Positions 16,514 to 24,530 of a stretch of 30,673 bases of DNA are shown piece after piece. The first letter of the stretch is position 1. Each line of letters starts with the position of its first letter. Below the pieces are notes generated by a model. That model searched no databases, had not been told where the DNA came from, and saw nothing but the letters and a program-made list of their open reading frames with translations. Position numbers and translations under genes: made by a program. This DNA is from an uncultured Coriobacteriaceae bacterium (GTDB taxonomy: Bacteria; Actinomycetota; Coriobacteriia; Coriobacteriales; CADBOM01): contig CAZPAN010000003.1 in NCBI GenBank assembly GCA_964584585.1, positions 1-30,673 on the forward strand, written 5' to 3'.

Positions 16514-18247
16514 ATGAAAGTTGTCATCATAGGCGGAGCGGCCGGCGGTGCCACCGCAGCCGCCCGTCTTCGCAGGCTCGATGAGAGCGCTGAGATCGTG
16601 ATCATCGAGCGCACAGGCTACGTCTCGTACGCCAACTGCGGGCTTCCCTATTACATAGGCGATGTCATCGCCGACAGATCGCAGCTGACGCTCCAGACTC
16701 CAGAGAGCTTCCGTAGGCACTTCGACATCGACGTGCGCGTGGAGCACGAGGTGCTCTCCATCGACAGAAACTCCAAGACCGTCTCGATCAGGCGGCTCTC
16801 CGACGGGTCAGTCTACGAGGAATCCTACGATAAGCTGATCCTCTCTCCCGGAGCGAAAGCGGTGGTGCCCGACCTCCCGGGTGTCGGCTCCTCCAGGATG
16901 TTCACGCTGCGGACAGTCGAGGACGCGTTCGCCATCCATAGCTTCCTAGAGCGCGAGGACGCCCGCTCCGCATTGATAATGGGCGGCGGGTTCATCGGCC
17001 TGGAGATGGCCGAGAACCTGAGGTCCCGGGGCCTGGAGGTCACCGTCGTCCAGAGAAGCAACCACGTGATGCCTGTGCTCGACGACGATATGGCTGCGAT
17101 CCTCCACAACCATATGAGGGAAGCTGGCATCAAGCTCATGCTTGACACCCACATCAACGGCTTCGAGGAACGCGTCGACGAATCAGGGCGCACGATCATC
17201 GTCGCTACCACCGAGGAGGGGCCGGTCTTCGAGGCCGACATGGCGTTGATCTCGATAGGTGTCTCTCCCGACAGCACGCTTGCCGCCGATGCCGGGCTGG
17301 AGCTTGGAATGCGTGGCTCGATCAAGGTCGACTCGCACATGCGCACCAGCGACCCATGCATATACGCGGTGGGAGACGCAGTCGAGGTCCGTCACTCCGT
17401 CAGCGGCAACCGCGCGCTGATAGCACTGGCCGGCCCTGCCAACAAGCAGGGGCGCATCGCGGCCGAGGAGATCTGCGGGATCGAGTGCGCGTTCAACGGA
17501 TCGCAGGGGTCGTCGGTGATGAAGATGTTCGACCTCACGGCTGCGGCAACGGGTCTGAACTGCAAGACCGCCGATGCGGCTGGTTACGATTTCGATTACG
17601 TGGTGATCAGCTCGCCGTCACGCGCGACTTACTATCCCGGCACCACGAACATGACGATCAAGGTGATCTTCGAAACCCGTTCCGGCCGCTTGCTTGGCGC
17701 GCAGATCGTAGGATTCGAGGGAGTGGACAAGCGCATAGACGTCATCGCCACCGCGATCCACGCAAACATGACCGCTTACGACCTGACCGAGCTCGACCTC
17801 GCCTACGCCCCGCCCTACTCGTCGGCGAAAGATCCCGTCAACATGGCAGGTTTCGCGATATGCGACATTCTCGACGGGCTTGTGGAACAGGTGCACTGGC
17901 GCGATGCAGTCCGCTCGACCGATCCCGAGAGGATCGCGAGAACCGCTGCGACCGGTCACGCGGATCCCGACGGCGATGACGACGAGCCCTCGATGCTGAT
18001 AGACACGAGGACCCCGGACGAGTACGCGCACGACCGCATCGAGTGGGCGCTGAACTTCCCCTTAGACGATCTCCGGGACAGACTGGGTGAGCTGCCCCGA
18101 AACAGGAAGCTGCTAGTCTACTGCCAGAGCGGCCTTCGCAGCTACATCGCCTGCAGGATCCTCACGCAGCATGGCTTCGACTGCGCGAACGTCTCGGGAG
18201 GCTACGGCTTCTTCGCAATGACGCAGGGAGATCTGCAGATGCGCTAG
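16514..18247 (+). CDS. CoA-disulfide reductase-like FAD/NAD(P) oxidoreductase with C-terminal rhodanese domain
   Basis: IIGGAAGG, SYANCGLPY (redox Cys), GGGFIGLEMAE, IYAVGD, YAPPYS, and rhodanese VYCQSGLRS. ATG 16514. Confidence 0.9.
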   Translation: MKVVIIGGAAGGATAAARLRRLDESAEIVIIERTGYVSYANCGLPYYIGDVIADRSQLTLQTPESFRRHFDIDVRVEHEVLSIDRNSKTVSIRRLSDGSVYEESYDKLILSPGAKAVVPDLPGVGSSRMFTLRTVEDAFAIHSFLEREDARSALIMGGGFIGLEMAENLRSRGLEVTVVQRSNHVMPVLDDDMAAILHNHMREAGIKLMLDTHINGFEERVDESGRTIIVATTEEGPVFEADMALISIGVSPDSTLAADAGLELGMRGSIKVDSHMRTSDPCIYAVGDAVEVRHSVSGNRALIALAGPANKQGRIAAEEICGIECAFNGSQGSSVMKMFDLTAAATGLNCKTADAAGYDFDYVVISSPSRATYYPGTTNMTIKVIFETRSGRLLGAQIVGFEGVDKRIDVIATAIHANMTAYDLTELDLAYAPPYSSAKDPVNMAGFAICDILDGLVEQVHWRDAVRSTDPERIARTAATGHADPDGDDDEPSMLIDTRTPDEYAHDRIEWALNFPLDDLRDRLGELPRNRKLLVYCQSGLRSYIACRILTQHGFDCANVSGGYGFFAMTQGDLQMR

Positions 18248-18523
18248 GCCCGCCCCCCACAGGGGAAGTGCGTCGACTTGGAAGAGCACATCGCGGCCGG
18301 CGCGTAGCGCAGCCCATACGCGTAGAGGCATCGCGGAGCGAAACCAGCGAGGGATGCGAAACGGTAGGCCGAGGACATGCGGGTTTGACAGTTGTAACGA
18401 GAAGTGAGACTGTGTGAGATTGTCACTATCGCGCAGCAGCGCGTCCAACCGATTCGCAGAATGGAAGACTGACCAGAAACCGTTCGACCGCGAATCGTCA
18501 AACGAGAAAGGCAGAGTACGTTC

Positions 18524-19447
18524 ATGATCAGGCTTAGCGACCTCATGTTCGAGAGAACGATTATCTCCTTCGAGGTATTCCCACCCAAGACCGACGAGGG
18601 CATGACCCAGCTCGACGACACCCTCGAGCACCTTGATGCGTTCTCGCCCGACTATATCTCCTGCACCTATGGAGCTGGTGGCGGCAACTCCACCAAGAAC
18701 CTCGAGATCGTCAAGAAGATCGCCGCCATGGACAGCAAGCCCATCCCAGTCACGCACTTCACCTGCATCGGACACACCAAGGAAACCGTCATCGAGCAGC
18801 TCCAGGCCTACCTCGACAACGGCATCAACCACATACTCGCTCTTCGCGGTGACCTGCCCTACGGCTGGACCGGCACCAACGGCGACTTCGAGTACGCCAC
18901 CGACCTCGTCGCCTTCATCAGACAGAACTTCGGCGACAAGTTCGAGATCGCGGTCTCCGGCTCCCCCGAGGGCCACATCGCCTGCCGCAGCCTCGAAGCC
19001 GACATCGCCCACCTCAAGCAGAAGCAGGACGAGGGCGCCGACTTCATCATGACCCAGCTCACCTATGACATGGAACAGTTCAGGTACTGGCTCGACGCCA
19101 TCCGCTGCGCAGGCATCACAATGCCTGTCGACGTAGGGATCATGCCGGTGCTCATCAAGGACTCGGTCATAAACATGTGCCTCTCCCGCAACGGCTGTGC
19201 CATCCCACGCAAGCTCGCAGAGGTCTTCTCGCATCACTGGTTCGACGTCGACCCCGACGGCAATGAGCTGCCCGAGGTCAAGAAGGCGTTTCGCGAGGAA
19301 GGGATGGAGTACACGGTCGATCAGATCCTCGAATACATGGCGATCGGGGTCGACGGCCTGCATCTATACTGTCTGAACAAGTGGGAGGATATCTCCGAGA
19401 TCATCGACAGGGCCGGCATCGCCCGCAAGAACTGGAAGCAGGACTAG
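18524..19447 (+). CDS. metF: methylenetetrahydrofolate reductase
   Basis: SFEVFPPK, ISCTYGAGG, HFTC, ILALRGD, PEGH, KQDEGADFIMTQL, GLHLYCLNK. Confidence 0.93.
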   Translation: MIRLSDLMFERTIISFEVFPPKTDEGMTQLDDTLEHLDAFSPDYISCTYGAGGGNSTKNLEIVKKIAAMDSKPIPVTHFTCIGHTKETVIEQLQAYLDNGINHILALRGDLPYGWTGTNGDFEYATDLVAFIRQNFGDKFEIAVSGSPEGHIACRSLEADIAHLKQKQDEGADFIMTQLTYDMEQFRYWLDAIRCAGITMPVDVGIMPVLIKDSVINMCLSRNGCAIPRKLAEVFSHHWFDVDPDGNELPEVKKAFREEGMEYTVDQILEYMAIGVDGLHLYCLNKWEDISEIIDRAGIARKNWKQD

Positions 19448-19464
19448 GAAAATCAGGGTAACGT

Positions 19465-19501
19465 CAAGCGACCGGGCTGCCGTCGGCGGCCCGGTCGCTT
19501 G
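19465..19501. terminator. hairpin terminator between convergent metF and BCCT
   Basis: CAAGCGACCGGGCTGCC-GTC-GGCGGCCCGGTCGCTTG. Confidence 0.8.
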
Positions 19502-19544
19502 CGCTGTTCATGTCTGATCGTCCGTCTGACCGATCGGTCCGCTA

Positions 19545-21158
19545 TCAGGTATCGGGTTGGGAGCTTTGCTCCTCTACCTGGGTCTCTTCTGGCACAGATA
19601 GCTTCCCTTTGGAGTCGGCTATCAGCATCTTCACCAGACTCACGCACATCAGCAGCATGATGAAGATGAACGGGAAAGAGATCACTATCGTCATGGTCTG
19701 GACCATACTCACACCACCGGAGAGTATGAGTGCGAACGCCATCGCGGCAATCGCCACACCCCAGAAGACCTTCTTGCCGTTCGGCGGATCGAGATTGCCC
19801 TCGCTGGTGGTCATCGAGAGCACGTACGTGGCGGAGTCAGCCGACGTGATGAAGAAGAGGAAGAGCAGCACCATAGCAATAGCCGACATCACGACGCCAA
19901 GCGGATAGGACGCGAACACCGAATAGATGGCGGTTTCGGAGACGGCTGCGATGGATGCGGCCGTCTCGAGGTCCAGACCCTGTGCGAAATCGATGGCGAG
20001 GGTGCCGTTTATGGCGAACCACAGGCAGGAGAACAGGGTCGGGGCGATCATCGCGACTGCCACGAACTGCCGGATCGTGCGGCCACGCGAAACCCTCGCA
20101 AGGAAGAGTCCCACGAAGGGCGACCACGAGAGCCACCACGCCCAATAGAAAACCCTCCAGGCCTGAATCCAGCTGGAGTCTCCATCCACGCTTCTCCTGA
20201 CGCTGTCCTGAATGAAATTGGTGAGGTAATCCCCTATGCCCACGAACAGGTTATAAATGATCTCTACCTGCGATCCAACCAGGAACGCCACCACCATCAA
20301 AGCCGAGCATAGTATGACGTTGATGTCAGACAGCTTCTTCATTCCCTTCGCGACTCCGCTTACGGAACTCAGGGTGTAGACCGCACAGACTACGGCCATC
20401 ATCACCAGCCAGACCGGCCAGTTGGACTCTATCCCGAACAGGTATTCCAGACCGCCGCTGAGCTGTAGGCATCCCATACCGAAGGACGCCGTCACTCCGA
20501 CCGCAGTCAGGATCACTACGTAGATATTGATAATCTTGCCTAAGATGCCGGTCGCCACCTTGCCGATAATAGGCTCTAAAGTGTAGTTGAGCAGGGCCGG
20601 CTTCTTCCTGCGGAACTGGAAATATCCGAGTGCGATGGCGACCACCGCGTAACACGCCCATGGATGCAGGCCCCAGTGCATGATGGACGTGCGTATCGAG
20701 AAGCGCTGCGCCTCGTCGCTCATAGCCTCGATGCCACCAATCGGGCTTACGAAATGCGAGAGGGGTTCGGCAACTCCCCAGAAGACGAGACCTACACCCA
20801 TGCCGGAGGCGAAGAGCATCGCGAACCAGCTGACCGTCGAGAATGCAGGTTTATCGTCATCGGCACCGAGCTTGATCCGACCTAATTTCGATATCGCAAG
20901 CACGATGCTGAAGAACACGAAAAAAGTAACTCCGTAGAGGAACAACCAGTCGAAATTGGCACTCATCCAGCTCAGCGCCGAATTGGCCGCGATGGAGAGA
21001 GTGTCTCCAGAGAGAATCCCCCAGGCGGCCATCGCGACCGAGAAGATCGCGGCGACGGTGAACACCGGGTTTGCCAGCGTCTGCCGAATCCTATCGCCTA
21101 GCGATCCGCGTTTGTCCGGATCTCCTTCAGAAGAGCCACCATTACGATTCTGCATCAT
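19545..21158 (-). CDS. BCCT (betaine/carnitine/choline) transporter
   Basis: About 12 hydrophobic segments. SWFAMLFASGMGVGLVFWGVAEP, HWGLHPWACY, WRVFYWAWWLSWSPFVGLFLARVSRGRTIRQF, FFITSADS. Confidence 0.95.
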   Translation of the reverse strand: MMQNRNGGSSEGDPDKRGSLGDRIRQTLANPVFTVAAIFSVAMAAWGILSGDTLSIAANSALSWMSANFDWLFLYGVTFFVFFSIVLAISKLGRIKLGADDDKPAFSTVSWFAMLFASGMGVGLVFWGVAEPLSHFVSPIGGIEAMSDEAQRFSIRTSIMHWGLHPWACYAVVAIALGYFQFRRKKPALLNYTLEPIIGKVATGILGKIINIYVVILTAVGVTASFGMGCLQLSGGLEYLFGIESNWPVWLVMMAVVCAVYTLSSVSGVAKGMKKLSDINVILCSALMVVAFLVGSQVEIIYNLFVGIGDYLTNFIQDSVRRSVDGDSSWIQAWRVFYWAWWLSWSPFVGLFLARVSRGRTIRQFVAVAMIAPTLFSCLWFAINGTLAIDFAQGLDLETAASIAAVSETAIYSVFASYPLGVVMSAIAMVLLFLFFITSADSATYVLSMTTSEGNLDPPNGKKVFWGVAIAAMAFALILSGGVSMVQTMTIVISFPFIFIMLLMCVSLVKMLIADSKGKLSVPEETQVEEQSSQPDT

Positions 21159-21250
21159 AAAGCCTCACCGCACTCCCCTCCGACGCTCATTTGACCGCCG
21201 ATCGTCCTGACATGGCTTGCGGAACATCTCCGCTGAAAAGACATCTTAAA

Positions 21251-21273
21251 CTAAGTTAGCAGTGCTAACTTAG
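21251..21273. promoter_or_regulatory. perfect 23-bp palindrome, candidate TetR operator upstream of BCCT
   Basis: CTAAGTTAGCA-G-TGCTAACTTAG in an AT-rich stretch about 95 bp upstream of the BCCT start; overlaps a TGn-TAACTT extended -10 candidate. Confidence 0.8.
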
Positions 21274-21400
21274 AAAGAATGAAAAATTGGGGATAATCCC
21301 TCTAATCTGAAGCGTTTAAGCTATCGTTGAGCCTCTGTGCAAATGAGCTGTAGGGATTGCGTAGTGCGGTAGACCTCACGAAGATCAGGGTGCGAAGAGA

Positions 21401-23176
21401 TTATCCAATATCCCCCAGAATCGTCCTTGTCGCGGTCTCGAGCGAGTCGATCAGCCCCTGCGCGGCGGCTTCGGTCTCGGCTCTGGCGAACAGGTATCCC
21501 TTGATCTTGGGCTCGGTGCCGCTCGGGCGGATTATGAGCTTTCCGTCGCCCTCCATCGCGAATTCGACGACATCGGCGGCCGGAAGCCTCTGCGCTTCAT
21601 CGCTCCCGTTGACCCTCGGCATGATCACACAATCGGAGTAGTCCACGAATGACACGACGTCCATCCCGGCTATATTCGAAGGCGGGTCGGATCTGAGGCC
21701 ATCCATGATCTGCGACATCCGGGCAACCCCTTCGGCCCCGGGGTAGGACACGTTTATCGTGCGGTTGAGATAGAACCCGTAACGGGCGTGGAGATCGGCA
21801 AGAGCGTCGATCAGATCACGCCCATGCGACTTGTGCCATCTAGCCATCTGGCAGATTATCATGCTCGCGTTGACAGCGTCCTTGTCGCGGACGTGCCCTC
21901 CGCTCATGTATCCGTAGCTCTCCTCGAAACCGAAGATGAACCGGTCGGCCTCGCCGGCGATCTCGAGTCCGAGAATCTGCTCGCCGATGTACTTGAAGCC
22001 GGTGAGCGTGCGCCTCAGCTCGAAGCCGCGCTCCGCAGCCATCGCATCGACCATCGCGGTCGAGACGATAGTCGTCACCGCCACGTCGCGCGACAGATCC
22101 TCCCCGCGCATCGTGCGCATCTCGCATATATAGTCGAGCATCAGCGCACCCATCTCGTTGCCGGAGATCAGGCGATACTCGCCGTCGTGCAGCACCGCCG
22201 CTCCAACACGGTCGGCGTCAGGATCGGTGGCGAGCAGGATGTCAGGACGCTCGGTCTCGCAAAGCGCGAGTCCTCGCTCGAGCGCCTCACGAAACTCCGG
22301 GTTCGGATAGGGGCAAGTGGGGAAGTTTCCATCGGGCTTGGCCTGCTCCGGCACCAAGGCGACATCGGCAATCCCGATGCGGCGCAGGACCTCCACGACG
22401 CATTCGAGACCTACGCCGTTCAGCGGCGTGTAGACGACGGAGAGGTCGGCATCTGCCGGATCGCTCTCCACGGACTGGGCGACCACCGCGTCGATGAAGC
22501 GCTTGAGTGTATCCTCGCCTATCCACTCGATCAGCCCAGAGGCCATCGCCTCGTCGAAATCCATGCAGCGAACTCCGTCGAAGATGTCTACCTTCGAGAT
22601 CGCTCGCGAGATGGCCGTGGCGGCTTCGGACGTGATCTGGCAGCCATCCGGGCCATACGCCTTGTAGCCGTTGTATGCAGCGGGGTTGTGGCTGGCGGTG
22701 ATGTTGATGCCAGCCGAGCAGCGCAGGTCGCGCACCGCGAACGAGAGCGCGGGGGTCGGTTCGACGCGCGGGTAGACGAACGAACGGATCCCGTTGGCTG
22801 CAAGCACGCCGGCGGTGACCCTCACGAATTCCTCGCCCATGTTGCGGCTATCGCGACAGATCGCGACCGTGGGAGCGGGGCGGTCGCCGACCGCCTTGGC
22901 GCACAGCTCGGCATCTGCCGGATCGACCGGACGTTCCGAGTTGAGGTAATCCGCCAGCCCCTGGGTTGCGCGGCCGACCGTATGGATGTTCATCCGATTC
23001 GAACCGGCGCCGATGACGCCCCGAAGCCCGGCGGTGCCGAACTCGAGGTCCTGGAAGAACGCGTCGGCCATCGCCGAATCGTCTCCCTCCATCTCCGAAA
23101 GCTCCTCTTTCAGCGAGTCATCCGCGTTGTCGGCCCAAAGGGCATGCTGGGATTCGATCTCCTCTGCGCTCCTCAT
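21401..23176 (-). CDS. pgm: phosphoglucomutase/phosphomannomutase (alpha-D-phosphohexomutase)
   Basis: LEFGTAGLRG, ITASHNP (phospho-Ser), ATDPDADR, GFEESYG, IRPSGTEPKIK. Start 23176 (GGAG RBS) or 23191. Confidence 0.93.
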   Translation of the reverse strand: MRSAEEIESQHALWADNADDSLKEELSEMEGDDSAMADAFFQDLEFGTAGLRGVIGAGSNRMNIHTVGRATQGLADYLNSERPVDPADAELCAKAVGDRPAPTVAICRDSRNMGEEFVRVTAGVLAANGIRSFVYPRVEPTPALSFAVRDLRCSAGINITASHNPAAYNGYKAYGPDGCQITSEAATAISRAISKVDIFDGVRCMDFDEAMASGLIEWIGEDTLKRFIDAVVAQSVESDPADADLSVVYTPLNGVGLECVVEVLRRIGIADVALVPEQAKPDGNFPTCPYPNPEFREALERGLALCETERPDILLATDPDADRVGAAVLHDGEYRLISGNEMGALMLDYICEMRTMRGEDLSRDVAVTTIVSTAMVDAMAAERGFELRRTLTGFKYIGEQILGLEIAGEADRFIFGFEESYGYMSGGHVRDKDAVNASMIICQMARWHKSHGRDLIDALADLHARYGFYLNRTINVSYPGAEGVARMSQIMDGLRSDPPSNIAGMDVVSFVDYSDCVIMPRVNGSDEAQRLPAADVVEFAMEGDGKLIIRPSGTEPKIKGYLFARAETEAAAQGLIDSLETATRTILGDIG

Positions 23177-23209
23177 TTCAAACCGCTCCATTCGACGACA
23201 GGGAACATG

Positions 23210-24481
23210 CTACGGCTCCACAGGGGAGCAATTGGGATAGATCTCATCGAACTCCGCCTTGTACATGTTCTGCCCGCCGGATCGGGACTCAACCAGAGGC
23301 TCGGTGATGTAATCCTGATGATCTATCGGGTTGGAGTACTCAAGGCTGCGCTCCCACGACTCCTTAATTACCGTGATCCTCATGTAGCAGTCGTAATAGC
23401 AGGTGAGGATATCGTAGAAGGTATCGTTGTTCACGCTGTTGGAATGCGGGGTCAGCCCGTTGAGGTACTCGTAGGCCTCGCTGAGTTCGTCTGCAAGACT
23501 AGAGGCGGTGCTGGCATAGGATTCCCTGGTTGAGAAACTCTCTTTCGTGTAGTTGTTGTTAAAATCGGTCGCCGCTGCCGCTATGCGCGCGTCGTAATTC
23601 TCGAGCTGGCTGTAGTACTCGTCGAGTATCTCGTAGAACTCCTCCTCAGAACCATAGGCCCTCTTGCTGCCGCTGTAATAGGAGTAGCCGTAGCCGTATG
23701 GAACGGAGGAGGTCGATTCGGAATCGGTTCCCGAATCCTGAGATTGGCTGGTTTCGGAAGACTGGCCCAGAATGGAGATGCTATCCGGAAAATAGGTCGG
23801 GATGACCCAGAGCACCGCGATGAGGGCCAGCGCCACGACTACAGCCGCGATCACGCCGATCGTCACGTAGAAGGACGTCTGGCGTTTCTTCTTCTTTTCC
23901 TGAACAACGCTGTACGGCTGGCCGGCTATGGTCTGATTGGCGTCGTAAACCCGCTGCTGGTACTGGTACGCGTTGCCGTACGGAAGCTGGCCCTGAGCAT
24001 AGGGCTGCTGGCCGGCCATGTTCATCTGAACGGTCTGATTGGGAGGATACTGGACAGTGCCGGGCTGGATCGGAGCACTAAATTGCTGGCCAGAACCATG
24101 CAGACTCTGGGTCTCGAACTGCTGCGTAACGCCAGGCTGAGTCGAAAATCCGAACTGCTGCGTGACATCGCCCGAGCCGGGGAAGGATCGGCTGAAGTCG
24201 GCCTGGGTCGGCGCGGCTCCGACGGGTGCAGTCCCGATAGCGTCAAGACCTGACATGTCGGGAGTGTAAGCTCCGCCGGAGCTGCCAGCCGTCGTCGTGG
24301 CATCGGCAGCTGCGGCAGGATAGCTCGCTCCGTCGGATCCGGTCGTCTTGCCGTCGTCCGCCCGTCCGACTCCAGCAGGCCCTTCGGGATGATCGACCTG
24401 GTACCCGCAGTTGGTGCAGAACTGCAAGCTCTGCTTGAGCTCCTGACCGCAATAGACGCAGTAGACCTTCTCGCCGCTCAT
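23210..24481 (-). CDS. zinc-ribbon-domain single-pass membrane protein of unknown function
   Basis: N-terminal CVYC-x10-CTNC, Gln/Gly/Pro-rich linker, KKKKR followed by a TM helix, acidic Tyr-rich C-terminal domain. ATG 24481 after GGAGGGG. Confidence 0.8.
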   Translation of the reverse strand: MSGEKVYCVYCGQELKQSLQFCTNCGYQVDHPEGPAGVGRADDGKTTGSDGASYPAAAADATTTAGSSGGAYTPDMSGLDAIGTAPVGAAPTQADFSRSFPGSGDVTQQFGFSTQPGVTQQFETQSLHGSGQQFSAPIQPGTVQYPPNQTVQMNMAGQQPYAQGQLPYGNAYQYQQRVYDANQTIAGQPYSVVQEKKKKRQTSFYVTIGVIAAVVVALALIAVLWVIPTYFPDSISILGQSSETSQSQDSGTDSESTSSVPYGYGYSYYSGSKRAYGSEEEFYEILDEYYSQLENYDARIAAAATDFNNNYTKESFSTRESYASTASSLADELSEAYEYLNGLTPHSNSVNNDTFYDILTCYYDCYMRITVIKESWERSLEYSNPIDHQDYITEPLVESRSGGQNMYKAEFDEIYPNCSPVEP

Positions 24482-24530
24482 TTCCCCTCCCGTCAAAACG
24501 CATGGACGAAAGCAATCAATCAGCGTTTCC

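Noticed and set aside
18495-18523. THF riboswitch upstream of metF (GCAGAGTA start)
   Set aside because: The match is only about 8 nt and runs straight into the RBS and start codon, leaving no room for the aptamer.
21290-21300. GGGATAATCCC short palindrome upstream of the BCCT operator
   Set aside because: An 11-bp single occurrence, within chance expectation, with no counterpart near tetR.
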